From the NCBI GenBank assembly GCA_039589315.1, contig JBDHHQ010000013.1:96001-160000 (forward strand): 64,000 nucleotides of DNA, given 5' to 3'. The notes below the pieces were generated by a model. The model did no database searches. It was given only the letters and a program-made list of their open reading frames with translations, and was not told the DNA's origin. This stretch comes from Gemmatimonadota bacterium (lineage in GTDB: Bacteria > Gemmatimonadota > Gemmatimonadetes > Longimicrobiales > Gaopeijiaceae). The position numbers were made by a program, and so were the translations under genes. Position 1 is the stretch's first letter, and every line of letters starts with the position of its first letter. Shown here piece by piece: positions 9,268 to 19,114 of this stretch.

Positions 9268-10245
9268 TCAGTCGCCCAGCACGTACGAGAAGACGAGTGG
9301 CGCCACGATGGTGGCGTCCGAGATGACCACGAACTTGGGTGTTTCCACGGCCAGCTTCCCCCAGGTGATCTTCTCGTTGGGCGGCGCGCCGGAATACCCG
9401 CCGTAAGACGGATCTGCGTCGGTGATCTGGGCGAAATAGCCCCAGAAGGGCACGTCTCGCCGAAGATCCTGGATGATGGACGGCACCGCGCAGATCGCGA
9501 AGTCACCTGCGATCCCCCCTCCGATCTGGAAGAACCCCACCGACGGACGGTCTCCCAGATCGGCGGCCTCCGCCATATACCACTCCATCAGGTGCTGGAA
9601 CTGCTCGGTGCCGGAGACCACGCACCCGTGATGCGGCACATCGCCTCGGAGCACAGCCGCGGCCAGGAAGTTGCCGGTGGTCGAGTCCTCCCATCCCGGC
9701 GCGTAGACCGGGACGCCCTTCTGCGCGGCGGCCAGCAGCCACGAATCGGCCGGGTCGACGGCGTAGTGCTCCTCCAGGGCGCCGGAGAGGAGGATGTCGG
9801 CGAGGAACTCCGCGGGCAACTTCCGCACCCCGGCCTCGTCGGCCGCGCGCCAGGCGACCACCAGGTGATCCTCCAGATGCCGCATGACGGTCTCGGGGAT
9901 GCACGTATCCGTGACCCGGTTCATGCCCCGCCGGTACAGTCCCAACTCGTCCTCGGCCGAAAGGGCCCTCCAGCTCGCGATCGTCTCGTACTGGTCGTTG
10001 GCCACGAGGTTGAAGACGTCCTCCTCGAGGTTGGCACCGGTGCAGGAGATGGCGTGGACCTTCCCCTCCCGGATCATGCGAGCCAGGGAGATCCCGAGCT
10101 CCGCGGTGGACATGGCGCCGGCCAGAGCTACGAGCATCCTACCGCCGGCCTCCACGTGGGCCTCGTACGCCCTGGCGGCCGCCACCGCCTCCCTGGCGTT
10201 GAAGTGCCGGTAGTGACGGGTCATGAACTCACGGATGGCTCCCAT
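9268..10245 (-). CDS. Deoxyhypusine synthase-like protein (bacterial DHS family)
   Basis: 'LAGAMST', 'CTGANLEED', 'GWEDST.G', 'IGGGIAGDF', 'YGGYSGAPPNEKITWGKL' with the catalytic Lys. Confidence 0.92.
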   Translation of the reverse strand: MGAIREFMTRHYRHFNAREAVAAARAYEAHVEAGGRMLVALAGAMSTAELGISLARMIREGKVHAISCTGANLEEDVFNLVANDQYETIASWRALSAEDELGLYRRGMNRVTDTCIPETVMRHLEDHLVVAWRAADEAGVRKLPAEFLADILLSGALEEHYAVDPADSWLLAAAQKGVPVYAPGWEDSTTGNFLAAAVLRGDVPHHGCVVSGTEQFQHLMEWYMAEAADLGDRPSVGFFQIGGGIAGDFAICAVPSIIQDLRRDVPFWGYFAQITDADPSYGGYSGAPPNEKITWGKLAVETPKFVVISDATIVAPLVFSYVLGD

Positions 10246-10430
10246 GCGAACGCTCCAGTGGGGGTCCGGCTGCCGCGCGCCCACGGCGCGACGTGAAACT
10301 GGCGGAAAGTACACGCCAGGCAGGCAAAGTGAATGTCGCTCGCCTCGCGGCGAGCAGCCGACGTCGCAACGCCCTCTCCACGCCGGGCGGGGCGGCGGTC
10401 GCGCCCCGGTGCGACGGCGCCGCCCTGCTC

Positions 10431-11174
10431 CTAGGCGGGTACCAACCGCAGACGCCAGCGTCGCCGGGCGCCCCGATGCCACGCCTCTCCCAGCTGCTCG
10501 GCACCGTCGAACCTCTGCCCTTCGACGTCCCGGAAGGGGAGCTGAAGCGGCAGTGGGCCGTCGCCGAATCGGAACGGAGCTACGGCCAGCGTCGACGGGT
10601 CCAGCCAGCGCGCGTCGACGCGGCCGCCGCCGGGCGTTGCGTAGGAGCCAGTCAGCCAGGACGGGGCGCTCGTGCCGACGGCTCCGGGCGGCGTGAGGCA
10701 GGCGTGGAGGGAGAGCACGTCGAACAGGCGGAGGTAGGCCAGATCGAGATCCACCCGCTCCGGGGCGGGCGCGCGATTGCCCAGCCACCCGAGGATACGG
10801 CGGCGGCGCTCCGCCTCCTTCCGCACGAACCAGGCCGGCGCTCCGGCGAACGTCGCGTAGTGGAGGCTCACCAGCGCTGCAGCGTACGGATGGAGCCGAG
10901 CCACCCGGGCGATGCCCTGGGCGGCGCTGCGGAACTTCGTGTCGCGGGGGAAGTCCAGGAAGTCGTGTGGGCGGCCCGTCTCGGCGTTCCAGCGGGGCTC
11001 CGCGTCGAGGCGGCGCCACGCCAGGTCGTGGAGCGACGTCGCCAGGACCAGGACGTCCGACACGGCGGGCTCGTCCTGGGCCACGTGCCACGCCAGCGCC
11101 AACTCGCCGGAGAGGAGGGCATGGTCGTGCTGACGGAAAAGACGGAGGTTGCCGTGCCGCCGTTGGACGATCAC
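10431..11174 (-). CDS. DUF3891 family protein
   Basis: 'Q.DHA.LSGELA..W', 'HDLAW', 'P.DF.D', 'YAAALVSLHY', 'LRLFDVLSL..C' pattern. Confidence 0.7.
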   Translation of the reverse strand: MIVQRRHGNLRLFRQHDHALLSGELALAWHVAQDEPAVSDVLVLATSLHDLAWRRLDAEPRWNAETGRPHDFLDFPRDTKFRSAAQGIARVARLHPYAAALVSLHYATFAGAPAWFVRKEAERRRRILGWLGNRAPAPERVDLDLAYLRLFDVLSLHACLTPPGAVGTSAPSWLTGSYATPGGGRVDARWLDPSTLAVAPFRFGDGPLPLQLPFRDVEGQRFDGAEQLGEAWHRGARRRWRLRLVPA

Positions 11175-11205
11175 GCTGCCGGCGGCGGTGGCCGGGGTGG
11201 CGCGA

Positions 11206-12810
11206 TCAGGGACGGTGACTCCGTTGGAGGACCTGGCCCGCCAGAATGCCCGTGACCTCGCCGTCGTCCACCGCGGCCGCCCCGTTGACCCAGAGGTAGG
11301 CCACCCCTTCGGCGAGATTTCGCGGGTCCCCGAACGTGGCGTCGGTCCGGAGCCGCGCCAGGTCGAAGACCACTAGGTCAGCCACCGCCCCGGGCCGAAG
11401 CACCCCCCGGTCGGCCATGCGGAACACGGTCGCCGGGAGACTGGTCATGGAGCGAACGGCCGAGGCCAGGTCCACCACGCCCTCGTCTCGCGCGTAGACG
11501 GCCAGCTTGCGGGTGAAGGCGCCGTAGGACCTGGGGTGCGGCACTCCGTCGGCCTCCGTGTCCAGGCCACCGTCCGACGCCGTCATGGTCCAGGGTAGCG
11601 CCATGAACGCGCGCACGTCGTCCTCGCGCATCGAGTGGGACACGATGCTGGGTGAGCCCTCCAGCAGGAGCTCGATCGCCGCGCTGACGGGGTCGATCCC
11701 GCGGGCCGTCGCGAACTCCGAGAGGAGCCCGCCCTCCAGGCTCTTGGCCGACTCCACCTCCCGGAACTGGATGCGCGCCGCGCCGCCGCGTCGGGCCAGG
11801 TTCTCGGTCATGCCGGCCCGGACCCGAGGCGATATCTCGGGGTCCCGCAGCCGTTCCCGGAGGGCGTCCTCCCCTCCCTCCTGGGCCCACTTTGGGACCA
11901 GAGCCGAGCGAAGGCCGGTGGACCCGGCAGGATAGGGGTAGTGGTCGGCGAAGACCTCCACGCCCCGGGCCCGGGCCTCCTCGATCAGGGTGATGACGTC
12001 ACGCGCCATCCCCCACGCCTCCGGACCGAGGGCCTTGATGTGGGTCACCACGCCGCGAATGCCCGCCTCCTCCGCCACGGTGATGACCTCGTCCACGGCA
12101 GCGAGGAGGCCGATGGAATAGGTGGACTCGTCGCGAATGTGGCTCTGATAGGCACCGTTGAACTCGGCGACGACGTGGCCGAGAGCCACGACCTCATCGA
12201 TCCGCGCGAAGCCGCCAGGGGTGTAGAACAGCCCGGAGGACAACCCGAAGGCGCCCTCCTCCATACCGGCGCGCACCAGCGACCTCATCAGGTCCATCTG
12301 CTGCGGCGTCGGCGCGAGGTCCTCGAGCCCCATCACGGTCTCCCGAACCTGACCGTGCGGCACGAGCTGTCCGACGTTGACGCCCAGACCGTGAACCTCG
12401 AGCGCTTCCCGCTGGGTCAGGAGGTTCGCCTCACCTCCGCCGTCGGGATTCACCAGCACCGTCGTGATCCCCTGGGCCAGCAGGGGCACGGCTCCGCTCA
12501 GCTCCTCGGTGGTCAGGCCGTTACCGGCGTGCGAGTGGGTGTCGATGAAGCCCGGCGCGACGTAGAGGTCCCGGACATCCACCTCCTGAACGGCGCTCGC
12601 GCCATCCAGGTCGCCCACCGCGGCAATGCGCTGCCCCCGGATGGCCACGTCGGCCCGGTACCACGGGTTCCCGGATCCGTCCAACACGCGACCGCCGCGC
12701 AGGATCACGTCGTACGGGCCATCGGGGGGCCCGTCTGCAGAGGGTGCTGGGCCGCACGCGGCGAGCGTGAGCGCGGCCACGAGCAGGCCGGAAAGGATGA
12801 TCCTGCGCAT
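11206..12810 (-). CDS. N-acyl-D-amino-acid deacylase (amidohydrolase family), lipoprotein
   Basis: 'APGFIDTHSH', 'GLSSGLFY.PG', 'SHIRDE', 'HPRSYGAF', 'ADLVVFD'; lipobox 'LAAC'. Confidence 0.9.
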   Translation of the reverse strand: MRRIILSGLLVAALTLAACGPAPSADGPPDGPYDVILRGGRVLDGSGNPWYRADVAIRGQRIAAVGDLDGASAVQEVDVRDLYVAPGFIDTHSHAGNGLTTEELSGAVPLLAQGITTVLVNPDGGGEANLLTQREALEVHGLGVNVGQLVPHGQVRETVMGLEDLAPTPQQMDLMRSLVRAGMEEGAFGLSSGLFYTPGGFARIDEVVALGHVVAEFNGAYQSHIRDESTYSIGLLAAVDEVITVAEEAGIRGVVTHIKALGPEAWGMARDVITLIEEARARGVEVFADHYPYPAGSTGLRSALVPKWAQEGGEDALRERLRDPEISPRVRAGMTENLARRGGAARIQFREVESAKSLEGGLLSEFATARGIDPVSAAIELLLEGSPSIVSHSMREDDVRAFMALPWTMTASDGGLDTEADGVPHPRSYGAFTRKLAVYARDEGVVDLASAVRSMTSLPATVFRMADRGVLRPGAVADLVVFDLARLRTDATFGDPRNLAEGVAYLWVNGAAAVDDGEVTGILAGQVLQRSHRP

Positions 12811-12889
12811 GGGCTCCCCGTGGACGGAGGGGTATGTCTCGGCGAGCCCAATGTGAAGGGAAGTGGAGGCAGGCGCTACGGCCGGGGGG

Positions 12890-13762
12890 CTATCCCCCTC
12901 CACCCCCGACCCCGAGGACGGACCACCGGGTGAAGTACCCCAGCGTGAGGGCCGGACCCGCCGGCATATTCCGGCCGGAGAGGGTGAACCGGACCCCGCC
13001 CTGGGCGCCTCCGGGACCGATCTGGTACGAGACGTAGGGCGTCAGCGTCAAGAGGCGGCGCCTGGCGGTGCTGACGGGGATTCCCTCGAGGATGGGAGTG
13101 TCCCCCCAGAAGCCCTCGAAGTCGACCTTGTAGCCCCATCGCCCAACGTTGCCGCCCACCGCGGAGAAGAAGAAGACCTCGTCGCCCCAGTCCTGCCGCG
13201 TCTCCTCGTTCGCCTCCCGCCAACGGTACCCCACCCAGCCCATGGCGTAGACCGGTGCCGGCCAGAATGAATGCCCCACCTCTGCCATGAGCTCCCAGTC
13301 TCGCTGACCGTCCGTCAGGGGAATGATCTCCGAATCCACAGGGAACTCCGATCCGGGGAGCTTGATGCCGCCGCGGATCGCGAACGGAAAGTCCTTGCCG
13401 AACCAGCGCTGGGGGCTGGTCCGCAGCCAGAGCCTCACGTCGCCGACGCCCGTCCGAGCCCGGTCTCCCCCGAAGTCCGTGAAGTCGAGCGAGTGGATCG
13501 GAGCCTGCCCCCAGAAGTCGACGCCCTTGAACAGGCCGACGGCCACATCGATGAAGACGGAGTTCGTGACCGAGTGGCCGTCGAAGGGGAAGGGCTCCTT
13601 CGTGCCCTCTTCGTCGTAGCGCTGGCTCGTGTCCAGGTGGTAGTAGGCCAGGGACACCCAGCCAAAGCCCGGATGCTCGACCCACTGCGACTCGGCCTGG
13701 GCCGGTCCCCCCAGGACCGCCGTCAGGAGCGCCAGTCCCCCGACGGCCCGGCGCGGTTCCAC
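12890..13762 (-). CDS. Exported hypothetical protein, probable outer-membrane beta-barrel
   Basis: Signal peptide ending 'AQA'; alternating aromatic/hydrophobic beta-strand pattern; GTG start overlaps the TAG of the upstream gene. Confidence 0.6.
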   Translation of the reverse strand: MEPRRAVGGLALLTAVLGGPAQAESQWVEHPGFGWVSLAYYHLDTSQRYDEEGTKEPFPFDGHSVTNSVFIDVAVGLFKGVDFWGQAPIHSLDFTDFGGDRARTGVGDVRLWLRTSPQRWFGKDFPFAIRGGIKLPGSEFPVDSEIIPLTDGQRDWELMAEVGHSFWPAPVYAMGWVGYRWREANEETRQDWGDEVFFFSAVGGNVGRWGYKVDFEGFWGDTPILEGIPVSTARRRLLTLTPYVSYQIGPGGAQGGVRFTLSGRNMPAGPALTLGYFTRWSVLGVGGGGG

Positions 13763-14880
13763 TAGGGCTGCCAGAGCCGCGAGTCGCGGTGAAAGTTGAT
13801 CCACGCTCCCCAGAACGCCACGTACGTCTCCGGGATGGGCTCGAGCTCGGTGCCAGCCATCGGCCCGTCCACCGCGAGGCCCAGGACGTTCCACCGCGAT
13901 CCGGTCTGCTCGTCGAAGATGCCGTCGCGAGTGGCGGTGAAGGGCAGGACCTGTCCGTCGACGATGGGGCGGTACGCCATCCCGGCCTTCTTCTCCGTGT
14001 CCCAGAACAGGACCAACGGCAGGTCCAGGTGGGTGTCTTCCACCACGGTGAAGGGCCCCTCACGCGTCAGCGCCAACGTGGGAAAGGCGATCCCCGAGCC
14101 CGAGTAGTCCGGCACCCCGATCACGACCTCCTTCTGCAGCCGCCGGTTGTCCTGGATCGGCATCGCGAAGAAGAACTCGGGTTGATTGAGGGCATCGTAA
14201 TCGCCGTACGGATACCGGTTGTAGTCCCGATCGAAGGGAAGCCGTCCGGAGATCGCCAGTGTGTTCGGGTGGATTCGCCGCCACCCGTCCCAGCTGATCT
14301 CCACGATCGGCACCTGGGGAATCTGGAAGCCGTCGACGGGGCCGCAGCGAGCCTGAGCCAACATCTGTGGCCAGAGCGAGTCCTCGCTCGACGGTCCATT
14401 GGTCCGGTTGAACATGATCAGGTTGTTGTCGAACAGGAGACCGGAGACCCCCAAGAGCTGCCCGTCGATGGCGCTCCGATCGAACGCCAACGCCGATCCC
14501 GTGAGGGGGCAGAGGGTGACGGCCACCTCTTGGCCCCCCATGTCGAAGTTGACGATCTCGTGCCACCAGAGGATCGCATGGGGCACGGCGATCGGCTGCC
14601 CGTCCAGGACGATGCCGAGAACCCGGCTGTCGGGGTCCAGATAGTCCAGTGACGCGTCGTCCTTGCCCACCAGCTCCGGATTGGCGAGGGCCGGAATCCC
14701 GTCCCTCGGGATGCCGCCGCTTCGTACCCGGTTCGTGTCAATGGAGCAGACCAGGGACGTCTGTGGCTCATGAATCGAGTTGCCGACGTCCCGCGTGCAC
14801 CCCCACGCGCCCACGGTGGCCAGCATCAGAATCCTGCTGGCGGCTATCAACCAGCTTCTCGTCGAACGATCGACCGTCAT
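13762..14880 (-). CDS. DUF3179 domain lipoprotein
   Basis: 'SGGIPRDGIPAL..P', 'WHEIVN', 'TLCPLTGS', 'GVSGLLFDNNLIM', 'SLWPQM', 'AFWGAW'; lipobox 'AWGC'. Confidence 0.85.
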   Translation of the reverse strand: MTVDRSTRSWLIAASRILMLATVGAWGCTRDVGNSIHEPQTSLVCSIDTNRVRSGGIPRDGIPALANPELVGKDDASLDYLDPDSRVLGIVLDGQPIAVPHAILWWHEIVNFDMGGQEVAVTLCPLTGSALAFDRSAIDGQLLGVSGLLFDNNLIMFNRTNGPSSEDSLWPQMLAQARCGPVDGFQIPQVPIVEISWDGWRRIHPNTLAISGRLPFDRDYNRYPYGDYDALNQPEFFFAMPIQDNRRLQKEVVIGVPDYSGSGIAFPTLALTREGPFTVVEDTHLDLPLVLFWDTEKKAGMAYRPIVDGQVLPFTATRDGIFDEQTGSRWNVLGLAVDGPMAGTELEPIPETYVAFWGAWINFHRDSRLWQP

Positions 14881-15378
14881 GCAGCGACTCCAGCGTTCCG
14901 TCCCTCTTCCGGCTCACCGGAGAGCAGGCGAAGAACGTCTCGCCCGGGCCCCGGCTGCCGCCGTTCCCACGCGTCCGATAAACCGGTGGCCCCGGGAACT
15001 GGTTCCCGCCAGGAGGCGGACTCCAGCGAGATCCGCAGATCGGTGTCGTTGCGGCACCTCGAAGAGATCTCGATCATCCAACCGCGTGGCGGGCCACCGG
15101 TCGGCCGTCCCGAACGGGCACCGAGCTGCACGGGAGCTCCTCGGCATGCCACAATCTAGTATGGAGAAGTCCTTCTGCCATGCGACTTCGACGGTACAGT
15201 CTCGGCAGCCCGCCAGACTCGCGCACCCTCACAGCGGGGGGCGACAGCGGTGGGGCCCGGGAGCAGCGAGACTCGGGGGAGCCGTCGGGGAGGAGGAGCG
15301 AGGCTCACCGACGCCGGCACCTCGACGCGCATGCGCAGGGTCGTCCGCGGCAACCGACCAGAAGGCAAGGGAGAGCAA

Positions 15379-17100
15379 ATGACCCGAGGCGACGCCCGGG
15401 AGCTGACACGCCTGCTCCGTCGCATCGACGGTCGGGGATACCGAGCGTACAAGGAGATTGGTGGAGCGTGGGAGCTCGAGGGCTGCTCGCTCGTCATCGA
15501 TCACGTGCAGGGCGACCCCTTCGCCGACCCGAGCCGCGTGCGCGTTCGCGTCCCTGGGACCCGGTCCCAGCTTCCCCCCTGGGCGTGCCAGGCGGGGAGT
15601 CGGTCCGCTGGCCTCGCGTCCCACCTCGCCAGGACTTTCGCGCGACACGCAAGCAAGGTCCGCGCCCGGGGCTCCGGGAAGAGCGGGCGAATCGAAATGG
15701 AGTCGCCCGGTCAGGAGGTCCTGGCCCAATCCGCGGTGTCCGTGGCAGGGGACGGGGGTGTCGAGGCACGCTTCAGGGTCGGACTCCCGGCCACCGGGCG
15801 TCGCGTGTTGGCGGACGAGGCCTCCAGACTGCTCCTCGAGGAAGTGCCCCGTCTGGTGGACCAGTCTCTCGTCTTCGGGGCCTACGAGCCGGACAGCTTG
15901 CGCCTGGTGGTGGAAACCAACGAGGACGCCGATGCTCTCCGGACCCTGCTGGGGGGGCTGGGCCTGTTGGCCTTCGTAGCAGACGGATCGGTGCTTCCGC
16001 GGGCCAGCGGCGTCGACGATCGGCCCTTGCGGGAGGGCCCCGTCGTCCCGTTCGGCTCGCCTCCCACGCTCCGCGTGGAGCTGGACCTTCCGAACGCGGG
16101 GCGCGTCTCCGGCATGGGGATTCCCGAGGGTGTCACCGTGATCACGGGCGGCGGCTATCACGGGAAGAGCACCCTCCTGCGCGCCCTCGAGCGCGGCGTG
16201 TACAACCACCGTCCCGGCGACGGCCGCGAGAAGGTCGTCACCGACCCTCATGCCGTGAAGGTCCGGGCCGAGGACGGCCGATCGGTGAGCGGCGTGGACA
16301 TCTCGCCCTTCATCGGCCGACTGCCCTTTGGGGGCACGACCGACGCGTTCTCCACCGCCAACGCGTCAGGATCGACCTCGCAAGCGGCGGCCATCGTCGA
16401 GGCGCTGGAGGCCGGGGCTACAGCCTTGTTGGTGGACGAGGACACCACCGCGACCAACTTCATGATCCGGGACCGGCGGATGCAGGCCCTGGTGCCCAAG
16501 GCGGGCGAGCCCATCACCCCCTTCGTGGACAGGGTTCGCCAGCTCCACGAGTCCCGCGGTGTCAGCTGCGTCCTCGTCATCGGCGGTAGCGGCGACTACC
16601 TGGAGGTTGCCGACACCGTGGTTGCCATGCGGGAATACCGTGCGATCGACGTTACGGAGGAGGCCCGGGCGGTCGTCTCCGCCTTCCCCACCGGACGGCT
16701 CGTCGAGGTCTCGACCACCGTGCCCCCCCTGCCACGCCGGCTCCCCGAGCGGCGCTCCATCGATCCACGCTACGGGCGCCGCGACGTGCACGTGCGGGTC
16801 CACGCCACCCACCGCATCCGCTTGGGTACGTCGGACCTCGATCTGACCGCCGTCGAGCAGATCGTGTGCCCGGCCCAAACTCGGGCGCTGGCCGCGGCCC
16901 TGGTCCTCGCTCGGGAGTTCATGGACGGAGAGAAGAGCGTCCCGGAGGTGTTGGACAGAGTGATGGAAGCGGTGGACCTCGATGGTCTGGACGTGCTCGA
17001 CCCTCGCCAGGTGGGTGATCTGGCGGCGTTCCGTCGGCACGAGCTGGCGGCCGCGCTGAATCGGCTGCGCGCGCTCGAGGTGACGGTGGTGCCGCGGTGA
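15379..17100 (+). CDS. Predicted ATPase of the ABC class (ABC_ATPase, COG3044-like)
   Basis: 'IDG.GY.AYK', 'DHVQGDPFA.PSR', Walker A 'GGGYHGKST', 'ASGSTSQAA', Walker B 'LLVDEDT.ATNFMIRD'. Confidence 0.9.
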   Translation: MTRGDARELTRLLRRIDGRGYRAYKEIGGAWELEGCSLVIDHVQGDPFADPSRVRVRVPGTRSQLPPWACQAGSRSAGLASHLARTFARHASKVRARGSGKSGRIEMESPGQEVLAQSAVSVAGDGGVEARFRVGLPATGRRVLADEASRLLLEEVPRLVDQSLVFGAYEPDSLRLVVETNEDADALRTLLGGLGLLAFVADGSVLPRASGVDDRPLREGPVVPFGSPPTLRVELDLPNAGRVSGMGIPEGVTVITGGGYHGKSTLLRALERGVYNHRPGDGREKVVTDPHAVKVRAEDGRSVSGVDISPFIGRLPFGGTTDAFSTANASGSTSQAAAIVEALEAGATALLVDEDTTATNFMIRDRRMQALVPKAGEPITPFVDRVRQLHESRGVSCVLVIGGSGDYLEVADTVVAMREYRAIDVTEEARAVVSAFPTGRLVEVSTTVPPLPRRLPERRSIDPRYGRRDVHVRVHATHRIRLGTSDLDLTAVEQIVCPAQTRALAAALVLAREFMDGEKSVPEVLDRVMEAVDLDGLDVLDPRQVGDLAAFRRHELAAALNRLRALEVTVVPR

Positions 17101-18662
17101 ACGGGACCGGCGAGTGGATCCGCGGTCCCGCGGGCCCGTTGCGACTGGACGGGCCGTGTGGAGCGCCCATCGTCCTTTCCTCGCCTCGGGCCGTGGCCCT
17201 GGGAGACGAGCTCGGCGGGTGGCGACGAGCGACCACCGGCCCGATCACGCTCTTCGAGGACCTCGCCACCTCCCTACCGGTGGCGGACACCCTGATCAGA
17301 ACCCCCTCCGTCGCCGAGCGCGTCTGGTCCCCGGGGCCTCGGGTGCGGGAACGGGTCTTCCTGCCACCCAACGTCGACGGTCTCGTGGCAGCGTGGGCCC
17401 GCGAGGAGGAGGGGGACTCGGTCCCGCTGCGCCTGGAGTGGTCCGTCCCCGACGTGACGGGGTGGAGGCTGAGTCTGACGCGCTTGGCCGTCCGGGACAC
17501 GGGCGGCGGGCGGCGGCTGTTCTGCGTCCAACCGCCGCCCGAGTGGGACGTGGCGCCGGACCCGGCCCGGTCCCGAGCGCTTCGGGTCCAGGCCACGGTG
17601 CCCTGGGCGTCTGGCCACGAGGTGCGCCTCACGGTGCTCTCCCGGACCGCGCCCGCCACGCGGCGCCAGGGGCTCCGGGCGTTGGGGTTCCTGGGGGCCG
17701 AGCAGACGCGGGCAGAAACGGCACTCGAACGAGCACGGCTGGAGGAGCTCTCGCTGGAGACGCCCGACGTGCCTGGGGACCAGGTCGGATTCCGGTGGGC
17801 CTGTGCCCGATCGAGTCCCCCGTGGCGCGACACGGCGGCCGTGGCCGGGCCGGAGCCCGCGGGCAGCGTCGGTGCCTTGCTGGCAGGGCTCGGCGCCCTC
17901 TCGTTGGGCTACTTCGAAGAGGTCCGTCGGATGGAAAAGCTGACGCCGGCCGTGCTGGGCTCGCTCCTGACCGACTGGGCCGGTGCCGGAGCCGGGAGCC
18001 GGGCCGACGCGCCCGCCGGCATCGAGGACATCCTGGCCGGGCGTCCGCCGTCCGCGGCGCAGTTGGCCAGGATAACGAAGCGGGCGTCCCCTCAGGGAGA
18101 ACCGGTCGGGGCCCTGTCCGGAGCCGGGCCCTACGCGCCCTGGCTGGAAGCGTGGGCTGCGTTCGACGCGGGAGACGCCGAGGCGGGCTACCAGGCCTTC
18201 CGCGCCCTCGTCGAGCGCGGGAGGAAGGGGGGGTGGTCGTGGGGATTGGAGGGCGGTGAGCCGGCGGACCCGGCGCTGGCCGGGCTGGTCCCGGCTACGG
18301 TCGTCTTCGGGATGTTGGGGGCACGGGCGGAAGCCTCCTACGGCAGACTCAGGCTGGCGCCGGCGTTCCCCGGAGCGTGGCGCTCGGCCCGTGTGCGCAA
18401 CCTGCGCATCGGGGCCTCGAGGGTGACGGTTTCGTACGCGCGCGACGGAGCCGTCCACACATTCGGGTTGGAGCAGATGCAGGGCGCCGTCCCGGTGAAC
18501 CTGGTTTTCGAGCCCCGCGTGCCCGGCAGCGCGGTGAGGGGGGCGGCCGTCGACGAGCAGCCGGCCGAGTTGGATTCGACCCGTGTCGGAGACCGGGTCG
18601 GCGTTCGCCTCCAACTGCCCCTGGACCGGAAGCGAACGGTGGTGGTGCGCACCCGGGCGTGA
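17097..18662 (+). CDS. Hypothetical protein with a glycogen-debranching / six-hairpin glycosidase-like C-terminus, apparently degenerate
   Basis: C-terminal 'GMLGARAEA..GRLRLAPAFPGAW....VRNLRIG' resembles the beta-sandwich after (alpha/alpha)6 glycosidases; GTGA overlap with the ATPase. Confidence 0.5.
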   Translation: MNGTGEWIRGPAGPLRLDGPCGAPIVLSSPRAVALGDELGGWRRATTGPITLFEDLATSLPVADTLIRTPSVAERVWSPGPRVRERVFLPPNVDGLVAAWAREEEGDSVPLRLEWSVPDVTGWRLSLTRLAVRDTGGGRRLFCVQPPPEWDVAPDPARSRALRVQATVPWASGHEVRLTVLSRTAPATRRQGLRALGFLGAEQTRAETALERARLEELSLETPDVPGDQVGFRWACARSSPPWRDTAAVAGPEPAGSVGALLAGLGALSLGYFEEVRRMEKLTPAVLGSLLTDWAGAGAGSRADAPAGIEDILAGRPPSAAQLARITKRASPQGEPVGALSGAGPYAPWLEAWAAFDAGDAEAGYQAFRALVERGRKGGWSWGLEGGEPADPALAGLVPATVVFGMLGARAEASYGRLRLAPAFPGAWRSARVRNLRIGASRVTVSYARDGAVHTFGLEQMQGAVPVNLVFEPRVPGSAVRGAAVDEQPAELDSTRVGDRVGVRLQLPLDRKRTVVVRTRA

Positions 18663-18681
18663 GCGGCGAAGGCCCACCACG

Positions 18682-18717
18682 AAAAAGCCGGGAGGCCCTC
18701 GGAGGGCCTCCCGGCTT
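18682..18717 (-). terminator. Intrinsic terminator between convergent genes
   Basis: Stem AAGCCGGGAGGCCCT/AGGGCCTCCCGGCTT with an A-run on its left (U-tract on the minus strand). Confidence 0.85.
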
Positions 18718-18739
18718 CGACGCTCCTCGACAGAGCGAT

Positions 18740-18928
18740 CTAGTGCTCCACGTAGCCCTCTTCCGAAAGGAGCGCCTGCAGGCGGCGGCTCCTCTCCGGC
18801 AGGGAGGTACGCGTGATGACCCGGGCGAGCTTGATCCTGTCCTCTGCCGGGACTCTGTCCAGCACTGCGATTGGAGCACCGTAGCGAAGCAGAATGCGCT
18901 TCGCATCCACGGCCACGGCATCTTCCAC
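18740..18928 (-). CDS. Small hypothetical protein, 62 aa
   Basis: GTG start after AAGGGGG; globular-looking helical sequence; immediately followed by a strong terminator. Confidence 0.7.
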   Translation of the reverse strand: MEDAVAVDAKRILLRYGAPIAVLDRVPAEDRIKLARVITRTSLPERSRRLQALLSEEGYVEH

Positions 18929-19114
18929 ACAACCCCCTTTGTGAAGACTTGAAGTGGCCCAAACCCCCCGAATCTAAAGCGCTTAGAAGGATCCTGCAAC
19001 AGATTTGGGCGCCGAGACCCGTCGGTCCGTAGTCGTATGTTCCCGGGAGGTCGGGGAGTGGCCTCGACCCGTTCGTGGCTCGCGAACCCCTGAAACGAGG
19101 CGCTAGATTGCCCC

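Noticed and set aside
10246..11091. 607-aa version of the DHS-like ORF
   Set aside because: The extension overlaps DUF3891 in another frame and is low-complexity Arg/Pro-rich; the family sequence starts at 10245.
13762..14880. Selenoprotein recoding in DUF3179
   Set aside because: The conserved position is a Cys codon and the ORF has no in-frame TGA.
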